DNA of 64,000 bases from an uncultured Desulfosarcina sp. (GCA_963674945.2 CAXXWQ010000002.1:448001-512000); one strand, 5' to 3'; shown: positions 33,931 through 45,686, numbered from the stretch's first letter. The notes: generated from the sequence alone by a model not told the origin. Numbers and translations: made by a program.

Positions 33931-36900
33931 TTAGCAAGCCTCGTTCAAGGCGGTTAGCTCGGCAAAAATCTGATCCGTGTCGAAGCCTTTGAGCCGAATC
34001 GCACCGCTGCGGCAAGAGGCAGCGCAGAGGCCGCACCCTTTGCAAAGTACCGGATTGATTTCGGCGCGCCCGGGAAAGAAGCGTTCGTCGGCCCCTCGAA
34101 AGGAGGGGGCCGAGTAGGGGCAGACCGCTACGCATACCCCACACATGGCACACAATTGCGGCTGCACCTCGGCCACGGTACCGGTTGCATAGGCCACTTT
34201 TGCGGCCAGAACGCGCACGGCCCGGGAAGCGGCGGCCTTGCCCTGGGCGATGGCTTCGTCAACGGGCTTGGGATAATGGGCCATACCGCACAGATAGACG
34301 CCGTCGGAAGCAAAATCCGACGGTCCCAGCTTGGCGTGTTTTTCCGCAAACATGCCGTCATCATTGAGGGAAAGTTTAAAGAAATTTGCCAACTGGGAAT
34401 TGTCATTGGGCACGATGGCCGTCGCCAGGATCAGAAGGTCCGTGGTGATGACAACCTTGCGTTCCAGTACATGGTCTTTGACCGTAACCGCAATGCCCTG
34501 ATCCGTCACGTCGACCGCGGGTTTATCGTCCAGGTCGTATTTAATGAAAATGACACCGGCACTGCGGGCCTCCTGATACAAAAGCTCCCGCTCTCCGTAC
34601 GTCCGGATATCCCGGTACAGAATATACACATTCATTTCCGGGCTTTTCTTTTTCAGTTCCAGGGCGGTGTGGATGGAATGGGTACAGCAGACCCGGCTGC
34701 AGTATGGCCGCGTCGGTTCCCGTGACCCCACGCATTGAATGAATACGGCGCTGTTCATCTTTTTGAGGGCCGGATCCTGTTCCATGAATTTACGGTCCAG
34801 GTCCAGGCTGGTAACGATGCGTTCGTCCGTGCCGTAACCGTACTCATCGGGGACCAGCGCCCTGGCACCGGTGGCCATGATGGCGACACCGTGCTGCAAT
34901 TCGGTCTCTTCCCCGTTTTCTTTGATCGTCGACGTGAAATTGCCGATGAACCCTTTGCCGTCGACGATTTCGGCGTTTACATGGACCGTGATGCGGGGGT
35001 GATTCATGACCTCATCCACCGAAGCGGACAAGATTTGCTGCACGTCCAGCCCGTCGGTGGTTCTGTACAGGTTGCGGGCCTGTCCCCCCAAAGTATCGGA
35101 TTTTTCCACCAGATGGGTGTCGTAGCCTTGATCGGCCAGGCTTTTCGCCGCCGTCATGCCGGTAACCCCACCGCCGACCACCATTGCCGTTTGATTCACG
35201 TCGAGGCGCGCTTCGTCCAAAGGCTGGGAGAGGCCGGCATGGGCAACGGACATGCGGACCAGGTCTTTGGCCTTTTCGGAAGCCAGTTCCGGGTTGTTGC
35301 GATGCACCCAGGAGTCCTGGTTCCGGATGTTGGCCATTTGAAACAGATATTTGTTGAGTCCCGCATTGACCAGGGTTTCCTGAAACACGGCCTCATGGGT
35401 TTTGGGCGTACAGGAAGCGACGACCACCCGGTTGAGGCCCTTTTCCCTGATCACCTCGGTCATGATCTCCTGGGTGTCCTGGCTGCAGGTATACAGGTTG
35501 TCTTCCACGTATTCCACGTAGGGCAGGCTTCTCGCATATTCCGCCACCGAAGGAACGTCCACCACGCCGGCAATATTGCTGCCGCATTTGCAGACAAAGA
35601 CACCGATGCGGGGGCGATCGCCGATGACGTTGGTTTGCGGAACCGGTTCCTTTTTCACGGTACAGGAAAAACGCGCGTCGCCAAGCAGTTCTCCGGCTGC
35701 CGCGGCCGCGGCCGAGGCATCCACCACGGACTGGGGGATATCCTTGGGGCCTTGAAATGCGCCGCAGACATAAATTCCTTTGCGGGAGGTGTCCACGGGA
35801 GTGAACGTGCCGGTGCGGGCAAAGTGGGAATCCGTCAAATCGATATCGAGTCGTTGCGCCAGCGCCACCACGTCCGCAGGTACTTCGAGGCCTACGGACA
35901 ATACCACCATGTCGAAATTTTCCACTTGCATGGCACCCGACGTATCGGTGTAGCGCAGCATCAGGTCGCCGGATTCCATGTCGGTGTCGATAGTATGCAC
36001 CCGGGCCTTCACGAAGCGAACGCCGCTATTGTCCCGCGCCGAATTGTAGTACCGTTCGAACTCCTTGCCGTGGGTCCGCATGTCCATATAGAAGACCGCG
36101 CAATCCAGGTCCTCTCCCGCGTGCTCTTTGGCGATGACGGTCTGCTTGATGGCGTACATGCAGCATACCGACGAGCAGTAGGAGTGATCGCAACGGTTGA
36201 TGTCCCTGGATCCGACACACTGCAGCCAGGCGATCTTTTTGGGAAGGCGAAGATCCGAGGGGCGCTGCACATGGCCATGGAACGGACCGGAAGCACTGAG
36301 AATCCGTTCGAATTCCAGGCTGGTCACCACATCCGGGGACTTGTCGTAACCATAAAAATCCAGGCCCGAAGGATCATAGGCCGTGGTGCCGGGCGCCAGA
36401 ATTACGGCACCGGCGTCGATGGTTGATGTCTTTCCTTCGTCATCATAAAAAATGGCTTCCGCCAGACACACCTTTTCACACAACCCGCAGCCGATGCACA
36501 GCTGTGGATCGATGGTATAGGAAAGCGGTACCGATTGGGCATACTGGATGTAAATGGCCGCCTTTTTCGAAAGTCCCTGGTTGAAGGCGTCTTTGCCGCG
36601 GATCGGACAAACCTGGGCACATTGTCCGCACCCGGTACATTTGTCCGGATCGATAAAGCGGGGATAGCTGCGCAGGGATATGCTGAAATTTCCGGGATCG
36701 CCCTCTACCGAAGCCACTTCGGCGTTGGCGATGATGTTGATATTGATGTGCCGGCCGACCTCGACCAGTACAGGCGAGATGACTCACATGGCACAGTCGT
36801 TTGTGGGAAAGGTCTTGTCCAGTTGCGCCATCATTCCGCCCACCGTGGGGGAACGGTCGACAAGATGAACATAAAATCCTGAATCCGCGAGATCCAAAGC

Positions 36901-36969
36901 GGCCTGCATACCGGCGATACCGGCGCCCACCACCATTACGGTGCCTGATTTTGCCTTGCTTTCTTTCAT
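33931..36969 (-). CDS. hdrA: HdrA-like flavo-iron-sulfur protein with two FAD modules, selenoprotein (Sec62), 1012 aa
   Basis: VVGAGIAG...[29 protein letters not shown] at 36784-36786 joins ORFs 36784-36969 and 33931-36717 in frame; [33 protein letters not shown], second VVGGGVTG, C-terminal ferredoxin motifs. Confidence 0.93.
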
Positions 36970-37043
36970 GTTTGTCCCGCCTTCGTCTGATCTAAAATCA
37001 TTCGTTTTCCGTGTGAACCAAAAGTGGTCGGCAGTAAATGCGA

Positions 37044-37805
37044 TTACGCCGCCTGACGGATAAACAGAGGATCACGACCCTCGTACCCTTTGACATGAAC
37101 CCGCTCCGCATGTTCCAACTCCACCAGGTACGCCGCGACAACATGGCCGGGAAGGTCGGTTTGCGCTGCAAGATCCTTGACCATCAATCCTTGTTCAAGA
37201 GGCAAGGCCGATACCACCAGCGCTTTTTCGTACTCTTCCTTTATGGCCGAGGCCATCACCGCCTTGTAGCGTTCCGCGTCCACCTGTTTGCCATACACGT
37301 TGGATTTTTCCACCAGCTGTTTTTCCATGCCCATCAGCCATCGGACCCGCGGGGTGGCAAGGGTCTCTTTGAGTGCCGACAGGGCCAGGCGGTGCTCATT
37401 CGTGTCGAATTTTCCCAGTTCTACGATATCCCGGGTGAAGGCTTCGATGTTTTCTGCGAAGAGTTTTCCCTCGGCCGAGCTGACCCAATTCAACTGCAAC
37501 CGTTGTCTCCCGATGCCGGAAAGGTCCAGAAGGGAAGAGAGAACAGCGATTTTCTTTTCCGCTTGGTAATTACCGTCCAGGTAATGGCAGTCGCCGAGAT
37601 GTCACCCGCCCACGAACACGCCGTCAAAGCCATTGGCCAGGCCGTCGATGACGAACAGGGGGTCCACTCGTCCGGAACACATCACCCGTACCGGCCGAAT
37701 GGCCGCAGGATATTGGAATCGGGAGACGCCCGCCAGGTCCGCACCGGCATACGCACACCAGTTGCACAGAAAACCCAGAATTTTTGGTTCATAGGGGGGG
37801 GTCAT
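37044..37805 (-). CDS. mvhD: MvhD-like [2Fe-2S] selenoprotein with a C-terminal extension of about 115 aa, 253 aa
   Basis: ATG 37805 after [21 protein letters not shown]...MCSGRVDP...[23 protein letters not shown] at 37602-37604 is in frame with ORF 37044-37499; hairpin ATTACC-TGGAC-GGTAAT at 37569-37585. Confidence 0.9.
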
Positions 37806-37823
37806 ATTCACTCCTTATAGGTT

Positions 37824-37948
37824 GACGACTTCGTAAAAAGCCCGATATTTGCGTTACGCTTCATCCCTCGTCACTGCGACGTATCCAACCATACGTCTCA
37901 TTCCTCGGGACTCGCAAGCCTTGATCTCGAACTTTTTACGAAGTTGTC
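37824..37948 (+). repeat. Dispersed palindromic element family A (125 bp, 17-bp terminal inverted repeats; MITE/REP-like)
   Basis: GACGACTTCGTAAAAAG ... CTTTTTACGAAGTTGTC; core homologous to 44872-44995 (inverted) and 62043-62167. Confidence 0.92.
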
Positions 37949-37968
37949 CGAAATCTGATGGCATGGTT

Positions 37969-40965
37969 CTAAGCACATGCGGTCATGGCCGCTTCAATTT
38001 GCTCGCGACTAAAGTGCCTCATGTCAATGGCTTTCTGGGGACACGACGATGCACAGATGCCGCATCCCTTGCACAATGCGGACAGACCCTGCGCGCGATA
38101 TCCCTTGCCTTCCACCTTGATCAACTGGATCGCGGAAAAGGGGCAGGCCAGTTCGCACAGCCCACAGCCGATGCACAGGGCCTCATCCACGTTGGAGACG
38201 ATGGGCTCGATGGCGATATGGTCTTTCGACAGCACCGTTGCCGCACGGGATGCCGCCGCCTGGGCCTGGGCGATGGATTCTTCCATGAACTTGGGATAAT
38301 GGGCCAGGCCGCAGATATACACGCCGTCCGTGGCGCATTCCACGGGCCGAAGCTTGGCATGGGCCTCGGCGAGAAAATGTTCGGCATTGGTGGAAACCTT
38401 GAACATCCGTGAAATTTCCGTATTGTCTGCCGGTTCGATGGCCGTGGCCAGGTTGACCAGATCCGCGGTGATGGACAGGTCCCGTCCCAGAATAAAATCA
38501 TGAACGATTACTTGCAGACCCTGGTCGGTTTCCCTGACCTCGGGTTTGTGATCCAGGTCATAGCGGATAAAAATTACCCCGAGCTTGCGGGCGTTTTGAT
38601 ACAGTCGTTCTTTTTCGCCATAGGTTCGGATGTCGCGATAGAGAATATAAACGGACCGGTCCGGATTGCTTTCTTTCAAGGCGATGGCGTTCTCGATGGA
38701 AGCCGTGCAGCAAACCTTGGAGCAGTAAGGGCGGTTTGCGTCCCGGGAACCCACGCATTGGATGAAAACCACGCTTTGGGCCGCTTCGACATCCGGATGG
38801 TCCCACAGTTCGTGCCACCGGGTCACGCGGGGATTCTTATGGTAGCCATATTCATCGGTATCGGCCGCCTGTCCACCCATGGCCAGAATGGCTGCCCCAT
38901 GGGAAAGGGTGCGGGTGCTTTCTCCGGTCCTCACCAGGGTTTCGAAATTTCCGACAAACCCGTTGACCGCAGCGATCTCGGTGCCGCAAAGCACTTCGAT
39001 ATCCGGATGGGCGGAGACTTCGGAGACAAGTTTTGCCAGATAGTTCGAAACCTTCGACTTTTTTATGGTTTTCGCGCCGCCCCCCAGTTCACCGGATTTT
39101 TCCACCAATACAGTGGGAAAGCCCTGGTCGGCCAGGCTTTTTGCCGCGGTCATTCCTGCGATTCCACCACCGATCACCAGGGCCGAATGCTGAACATCGA
39201 CGGCATTGGCATCCAACGGTTCCAGCCGGTTGGCCCGGGCCACGGACATGGCAACCAGATCCTTGGCCTTGGCCGTTGCCGTGGCCTTGTCCTTGTGCAC
39301 CCAGGTACATTGGTTGCGGATATTGGCCATCTCGAACAGATAGGGGTTTAAGCCCGCATTGCGAAGGGTCTCTTGAAACAGGGGCTCGTGGGTGCGTGGC
39401 GTGCAGGCCGCCACCACCACCCGGTTCAATTTTTCGGATGCGATCACCTCAGCCATCTTGTCCTGTGTGTCCTGGCTGCAGGTAAAGAGGTTCTCTTCCA
39501 CATAGGCAACGCCGGGCAGTTCTCTGGCAAATGCGGCGATTTCCGGCACATCGGCGATCCCGCCGATATTGGACCCGCAATTACAGACGAACACCCCGAT
39601 TCTGGGCGCATCGCCGGCCACCGGCTGTTCCGGCGGAAATGTTTTTTCCCTGATCAGGCTTCCCCGTGCAGAACTCAGGCTGCGCGCCGCCCCTTCGGCC
39701 GCGGCACTGGCTTCCATGACGGAATCCGGAATGTCTTTGCATCCCCGGGCCACGCCGGCCACATAAATACCGGGTCTGGATGTGGCAATGGGGGCAAGCT
39801 CGTCGGTTTGCACGAATCGGGAGGAATTCAGATCGATGCCCAGGGTTTGGGCCAGTTGCTGCGTGGATTCGGTCGCTTCCATTCCTACGGACAACACCGC
39901 GATGTCAAAGGATTCGTTTACCAACGCGCCGTTTTCGGTCACATACTGAAAATTCAGGGTCCCGTCCGGCTCTTCGGTGATCGTATGAATCCGGGAGCGG
40001 ACAAACCGGACGCCCGCATCCTTGGCCCGTTCGTAATATTTCTCGAAATCCTTGCCATAGGTGCGCATGTCCATGAAAAAGATGGTCGCTTCGACGTCAC
40101 CGTCTACGTGATCATCGACCAGCATCGCCTCTTTTAGGGCATACATGCAACAGACAGAGGAACAGTATGCATTGTCGCATTTATTGAAATCCCGGGATCC
40201 CACGCATTGAAGCCATGCGATCTTGGACACTTCTCCATCGTCCGAAGGCCGTTTGACGGCACCCTTGGTGGGGCCGCCGGCGGAGAGCATCCGTTCGAAT
40301 TCCAGGCTGGTGACCACGTTGGGCATGTTCGAATACTGATAATTGTCCAACCCCTTGGGATCAAAGGCTTTGAATCCGGAGGTAAGAATCACCGAGCCGA
40401 CATTGCGGGTGAGTTCCTTTTCCGTATCTTCGAAATTGATCGCCCCCGTGGGGCAGAATTTTTCGCAGGCACGGCATTTGCCTTTTTTAAAGTAGATGCA
40501 GTTTTCCGCATCGATGGCGTATTTCAGGGGGACTGCCTGGGAATATGGCACGTAGGCGGCTTTTCGCACGGCCAACCCTTCATCATATTCATCGATGACT
40601 TTTTTGGGGCATTTTTCGGCGCAGAGTCCGCAGGCGATGCATTTTTCCATGTCCACATAACGGGGCGCCTGCTTGACGGTGACGGTGAAATTACCAACTT
40701 CCCCGTCGATGCCCGTTACTTCCGACAGGGTCAACAATTCGATATTAAGGTGCCGGCCGACCTCGACCAGCTTCGGCGAGAGTATTCACATGGCGCAGTC
40801 GTTCGTGGGGAAAGTTTTGTCCAACTGGGCCATGACGCCACCGATGGCCGGGGATTTTTCTACAAGATGGACGAAGAATCCGGAATCGGCCAAATCCAGC
40901 GCGGCCTGCATGCCGGAGATCCCGCCGCCAACGACCAACACGGAACCAATCTTTTCCTTTGCCAT
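37969..40965 (-). CDS. hdrA: HdrA-like flavo-iron-sulfur protein with two FAD modules, selenoprotein (Sec60), 998 aa
   Basis: ATG 40965 after [22 protein letters not shown]...[29 protein letters not shown] at 40786-40788 is in frame with ORF 37969-40737; hairpin GCCGA-AGCTGGTCGAGG-TCGGC at 40756-40777. Confidence 0.93.
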
Positions 40966-40981
40966 TGCTGTGCTCCTGAAT

Positions 40982-41094
40982 TTTCATGAGATGCATGAAA
41001 TATATGATGCGAAACCAGTAATTCGTTTCGTTACGATCGCGGACGCTGCGAACACTGAATGAAATCTACTATAGAGACAGGACTTTCTTGTCAA
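40982..41094 (-). promoter_or_regulatory. Possible sigma70 promoter and palindromic operator of the Sec-hdr/flx operon
   Basis: TTGACA(41094-41089)-N17-TAGTAG; inverted repeat TTTCATG-N5-CATGAAA at 40982-41000, next to the RBS. Confidence 0.35.
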
Positions 41095-41336
41095 TAGGAT
41101 TATATCGCCTTTGCGCAAAACCCTGTGATTCGTAAGTGTCATATGCCCAAAAAAATCAATGAAATACGTTTGGAAAAAGTTTTTGATGACGAATTTCAGG
41201 GGGTCATGGTAAATGATGCATGGCCTGGATCGCGAAACTTTCATTTGTCCTCGTTTATGGGTTTTATTGATTCGGATCATTCGTGCGTGTTACTATTTTC
41301 TTATCAAACGCTTTTTCCATGCAAAGATGAAACGAG

Positions 41337-42272
41337 ATGATGGATAGTCCGCCGACGGATCTACCGAAAATTATCGTCGTATGCGGTCCGACAGGTTCCG
41401 GCAAGACCGGTTTTGCCATCGACCTGGCCCAACGGTTCGATGGTGAAATCGTTGGTGCCGATTCCATGCAGGTATATCGATACATGGATGTCGGAACGGC
41501 GAAACCCACGGCACAGGAATTGGCGGCGGTTCCCCACCATTTGATCGATGTCGTCGATCCGGACCAGGATTTCGATGCCGCCGCCTACGCGGCCATGGCT
41601 GTCCGTGTCATTGGCCGAATCATCGACAGCGGGCGCACCGTTTTCGTGGTGGGGGGGACGGGGCTCTATATCAAGGCACTGATGTACGGCCTTTTCGAGG
41701 CCGGTTCGTCGGATCCGGCCATTCGTCGAGAGCTGAAGCGACAGGCCGCCGCGCAGGGGACGGCGCACCTGCACCGCCGACTCGGCCGGATCGATCCGGC
41801 GGCAGCCGCGCGGATACATCCCAACGATACCCATCGCATCGTTCGTGCATTGGAAGTGTTCGAAGCTTCGGGCCAACCGCTCACGCAATTTCAACGGCAC
41901 CACGGTTTTCGGCAGAAGCGATTTCATGCACTGGAAATCGGTATCTCATGGCCCCGCCAGGAACTCTACGATCGTATCAACCGGCGGGTCGACGAGATGA
42001 TGGCGCTCGGATTTTACGACGAGGTGAAACGGCTTTTGGCAAAAGGATATGGCCCACACCTCAAATCCATGCAGAGTCTGGGGTACCGGCACCTGTCGGC
42101 GGTTGCCGCGGGCAGTGCGGCGATGAGCGACGCCGTCTCTTTGCTGAAGCGGGACCATCGTCGGTACGCCAAGCGTCAGATGACGTGGTTCGGTGCCAGA
42201 TCCGAAATTTTCTGGACACCCTTGGGCGAGTCGGCGTCGGTGGCTCGTGCCATTCAATCGTTCATGGCGTAA
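41337..42272 (+). CDS. miaA: tRNA (adenosine-37-N6) dimethylallyltransferase
   Basis: GPTGSGKT, ADSMQVYRYMDVGTAKP, PHHLID, VGGTGLY, IHPND..RIVRALEV, RRYAKRQMTWF. Confidence 0.97.
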   Translation: MMDSPPTDLPKIIVVCGPTGSGKTGFAIDLAQRFDGEIVGADSMQVYRYMDVGTAKPTAQELAAVPHHLIDVVDPDQDFDAAAYAAMAVRVIGRIIDSGRTVFVVGGTGLYIKALMYGLFEAGSSDPAIRRELKRQAAAQGTAHLHRRLGRIDPAAAARIHPNDTHRIVRALEVFEASGQPLTQFQRHHGFRQKRFHALEIGISWPRQELYDRINRRVDEMMALGFYDEVKRLLAKGYGPHLKSMQSLGYRHLSAVAAGSAAMSDAVSLLKRDHRRYAKRQMTWFGARSEIFWTPLGESASVARAIQSFMA

Positions 42273-42422
42273 TCTTTTGTTCCATCGTTCCCGTTTATGG
42301 ACCGGCGGGTCCGGATCCGATGCCATCTCCTTTTTCGCGAAAATTTGGCTGGTGTAAGGCGAATCCATCCTTATCATATCGATAGTTGACCGATTGGATC
42401 CACTTTTGAGGTTTTTTGTACC

Positions 42423-44816
42423 ATGCCATCTTCTTTCAAAAATGTCGACACAGTGGCGATCTGTCCGGTATCCGGCCTTCCCGTGAGGGCACGGCCCGAA
42501 TGGACCGACCGTGGTTTCGGACGGGGATATCGCGTCACCGTTCGGGTGATCGGCAGACGTATCCTGTTGGTTCGACCATCGGGACACGCCCGTGCCGACA
42601 GTGTCGACCGTACCCTTGCGTTGACCGGTGAAATCATCAGGGACAATATGGATCCATCTGCCGGTTTTGTTCAACTCATGGACTATTCCCGCCTTCGAAG
42701 TATCTCCCGAAACGGCCGGTTGCGATACATCGACCACGTCGCAAAGCGCAAGAATCTGCTGGGTCTGATCTATTACAATGTCAACCCGCTGTTTCGCCTG
42801 ATGATCAAGTTTACCATTCGACTCGGTCCCGGTACGGTTGACGTCCACATCGCAAAGGATTACACGGCGGCCGTTCACTTGGCAATGGCGCTTCTGGGAG
42901 GTGAACCGGCGGGCAGGCCAAAAAATGCGCCGGTCGTCGACTATGCCGCACTCGGGATTACCGAACATCACGAGGCCGGCCGGCATATCCTGCGTTGCGA
43001 CAGCTGGAACATTGCCTTTGATGACTACTCGGTATCCGTGGAGGTGATCGACGGCCGTATCTATCATGCGCGATCTTCCGGTATCCTGTGTGATCATCAT
43101 ATCGAAGGGATTTCCCGACTCCGGGAGCGGGTGCGGGAGATGCTCAGGCTGGAAAACGGCTTTCCGGCCATCGTGACGGGTGCCACTGATAATCATGCGG
43201 GGAACCGGAAGGCCCGTAAAAAATATATGGACTCTTTGAAAAAATGGCATGAGCAATACCCCATGGCCCTGTACGTCTTTTACAATGCCAACTGGTTCAT
43301 TCGCAGCGCCGCCATGCTGGCCATTCCATTCATGCCCTTTCCGGTTAAAATATCTCATGACCTGTCGGGTGCCATGGGTGTTGTGGATCGGTTCACCGGG
43401 ACCGTTCCGACCGATGCACCGAAGAAACTGTCGCCGGAATCCGAAGCGGAGGATCCACAGCACGTGGTTCATCAGCTGCTGCAATTTATCGGTGATATCG
43501 AATGGGACCGCAGGGGGGCCGCCAAACCCGGCCATGTGCCGGCGGACCACCCATTTCGTCCGGTTTTCGACGCGGTGGCCCTGGTCAAAGGGGAACTGGA
43601 CGAACTCTTCGAAGAACGGCGGTTGGCGGAGCAGCGGCTCGTGGAGAGTCAACGCCGTTTCGACGAGGTACTGAAATTTTCGCGCGATGTCCTCTACAAA
43701 CGCGACCTGAGGACCGGCACCGTCGACTATGTCAGCGACGCCGTCGAGGACCTGCTCGAGATACCGTCCGAGGTTGTTCGTCGGGATGGACTGGATGGGG
43801 TCAAGCAGTTGATCCACCCGGAAGATCTTCCCCGCTTTGATGGATTTATTCAAAGCCTCATGGGCAACACTGCCCCGCCCAACGGTGAACCTGTCATCGA
43901 GTATCGCGTCAAAAACCGCCAGGGTGAATACCGATGGTTCAGTGACAGCATCACCGTCGTACGAGACGATGGGGGTGAGCCCGCATACATCATCGGCAGC
44001 AGCCGGGATGTCTCCCGAATCAAGAAGCTGGAGTTGGAGCGTTTGAAGGTCGCCGAGCAACTGCAACACTCGCGAAAATTGGAGGCCGTACATACCATGG
44101 CCGGCGGGGTCGCCCACAATTTCAACAATCTGCTGACGGTTGTGCTGGGGAATCTGGAAATGATGCGGCTGGAAACGCCGGCCGGCAGCCGATTGCATCG
44201 AAACATCAGCACGGCGGAAAAATCCGCCCAGCGGGCCGCCGAGCTTGGCGCTCTTTTGCTAACTTACCTGGGACAAGGGGAGATGAACCCCCAGGATTTC
44301 GACTTGCATACCATTGTGTCGGAAATGGTGGATGTGCTGAAAAAGTCCTTTGCCGGGCGTGCTACCCTGGTACTGGCACCTGCCGATTCTGCGACATGGA
44401 TCAATGCCGATCCCGCAAATGTGTGTCAGGTCATCAACAATCTGGTTGCCAATGCGGTGGAGGCTTCGGAAGATCGGCCGCCAATCATTCAACTGACGGT
44501 TGGCAGCCGTTTTTGCGATGCGGCGGCACTTACCCGGCTGGAGACCGGCGGGGAGGAATTGTCCCCCGGCCGTTACAGCTGGTTGCAGATCTCCGACAAC
44601 GGCGGTGGAATGGATCGGGAGATCTTGGACAAGGTTTTCGATCCCTTTTTCACAACCAAATTTACCGGTCGGGGGCTTGGCATGGCAACGGTCCTGGGTG
44701 TCATGCGCGCCCATCAAGGAGGCGTTTTTGTCGAAAGTTGGAAGGGGAAGGGGACGACGGTCATCGTCTACTTCCCGGCTCCGGACCCGGAAGATGTTGA
44801 GAAGTCTTTCGATTGA
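42423..44816 (+). CDS. Cytoplasmic PAS-domain sensor histidine kinase with two tandem N-terminal STAS/SpoIIAA-like domains
   Basis: No TM helix; PAS (IHPED, EYRV...GEYRW..D); H-box [43 protein letters not shown]. The STAS-like call is by eye. Confidence 0.85.
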   Translation: MPSSFKNVDTVAICPVSGLPVRARPEWTDRGFGRGYRVTVRVIGRRILLVRPSGHARADSVDRTLALTGEIIRDNMDPSAGFVQLMDYSRLRSISRNGRLRYIDHVAKRKNLLGLIYYNVNPLFRLMIKFTIRLGPGTVDVHIAKDYTAAVHLAMALLGGEPAGRPKNAPVVDYAALGITEHHEAGRHILRCDSWNIAFDDYSVSVEVIDGRIYHARSSGILCDHHIEGISRLRERVREMLRLENGFPAIVTGATDNHAGNRKARKKYMDSLKKWHEQYPMALYVFYNANWFIRSAAMLAIPFMPFPVKISHDLSGAMGVVDRFTGTVPTDAPKKLSPESEAEDPQHVVHQLLQFIGDIEWDRRGAAKPGHVPADHPFRPVFDAVALVKGELDELFEERRLAEQRLVESQRRFDEVLKFSRDVLYKRDLRTGTVDYVSDAVEDLLEIPSEVVRRDGLDGVKQLIHPEDLPRFDGFIQSLMGNTAPPNGEPVIEYRVKNRQGEYRWFSDSITVVRDDGGEPAYIIGSSRDVSRIKKLELERLKVAEQLQHSRKLEAVHTMAGGVAHNFNNLLTVVLGNLEMMRLETPAGSRLHRNISTAEKSAQRAAELGALLLTYLGQGEMNPQDFDLHTIVSEMVDVLKKSFAGRATLVLAPADSATWINADPANVCQVINNLVANAVEASEDRPPIIQLTVGSRFCDAAALTRLETGGEELSPGRYSWLQISDNGGGMDREILDKVFDPFFTTKFTGRGLGMATVLGVMRAHQGGVFVESWKGKGTTVIVYFPAPDPEDVEKSFD

Positions 44817-44871
44817 CGCATTTACTTTGCTTTTCAGCATCATGGGTTGATGAAGCTGTAAACGGGTCTTG

Positions 44872-44995
44872 GACGGCTTCGTAAAAAGTACGAGATCAAG
44901 GCTTGCGAACCCCGAGGAATGAGGCGTATTGATGATACGTCGCAGTGACGAGGGGTGAAGTGTAACGCCGATATCGGACTTTTTACGAAGCCGTC
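44872..44995 (-). repeat. Dispersed palindromic element family A, perfect 18-bp terminal inverted repeats
   Basis: GACGGCTTCGTAAAAAGT ... ACTTTTTACGAAGCCGTC; overlaps the pspC stop codon. Confidence 0.93.
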
Positions 44996-45416
44996 AGGAG
45001 TTGAGCCGTTGCTCCCAGTCAAACTCCTTATCGGTCACCACGTCCTCCATGCGCTGAATTCGGCGGTTCAATCTTTCAAACTGACGTTTCATGCGATACA
45101 CCGACCCCTTTCGGAAACGGGTATAGCTGTCGTAAAATTCCTGCTCGTCGATACTCTCCAAAGGGATGATCGGTGCTTTCTTCATGAGTATCGCGGCGAG
45201 CAGGTACAAAACGACGATGGGCCAGAATCCGCTGAAAATGAAAACGATGACCCCGATCGTTCTCAACCAGAAGACCGACAAATCGAAGTATTCGGCCAAT
45301 CCTTTGAAAACGCCTAAGATCATGCCATTTCGAGACCGGTACAGGCCCTTTGCCGAGCCGCCATTTCCTTCGAATGACATTGGATCGGAATATCTATTTT
45401 CCCTGTATCTGTTCAT
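44994..45416 (-). CDS. pspC: Phage shock protein C
   Basis: LYRSRNGMILGVFKGLAEYF, a TM helix, RIQRMEDVVT..EF; psp operon context. Confidence 0.92.
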   Translation of the reverse strand: MNRYRENRYSDPMSFEGNGGSAKGLYRSRNGMILGVFKGLAEYFDLSVFWLRTIGVIVFIFSGFWPIVVLYLLAAILMKKAPIIPLESIDEQEFYDSYTRFRKGSVYRMKRQFERLNRRIQRMEDVVTDKEFDWEQRLNS

Positions 45417-45419
45417 TTG

Positions 45420-45662
45420 TTACTCTTCCTTGCGTTCTTTTTCCAGAAGAATTGTCTCCAGCGCTTCCACACGCGCTTCCATTTTGGTGAGACCGTGATA
45501 GATTTCCTGTATCATTTTGGCTTCTTCATCGGCCAATCCCCGGTTGCTGCCGGATACACTTCCCTTCAACATCTTGATGGCAAACAGGATTGTCGCCGGA
45601 ATGATCGCCAGGGCAATAATGATGCTACCAAATGTGATGGCTACGATGAGCACCTGGTGCAT
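45420..45662 (-). CDS. pspB: Phage shock protein B
   Basis: One TM helix then L.KMEARVEALETIL; between pspA and pspC. Confidence 0.88.
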   Translation of the reverse strand: MHQVLIVAITFGSIIIALAIIPATILFAIKMLKGSVSGSNRGLADEEAKMIQEIYHGLTKMEARVEALETILLEKERKEE

Positions 45663-45686
45663 GGTGGTTTTCTCTCCCCTAAAACC

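Noticed and set aside
33414..40965. Pseudogene interpretation of the split hdrA and mvhD ORFs
   Set aside because: All four interruptions are TGA at conserved Cys positions, with intact downstream frames and SECIS-like hairpins.
40982..41000. Assignment of the TTTCATG-N5-CATGAAA dyad to Rex
   Set aside because: Only loosely similar to the TTGTGAA-N4-TTCACAA consensus; kept as an unassigned operator candidate.
41946..44198. 750-aa minus-strand ORF
   Set aside because: Antisense shadow of miaA and the sensor kinase; no recognisable motifs; expected with GC-rich codon usage.
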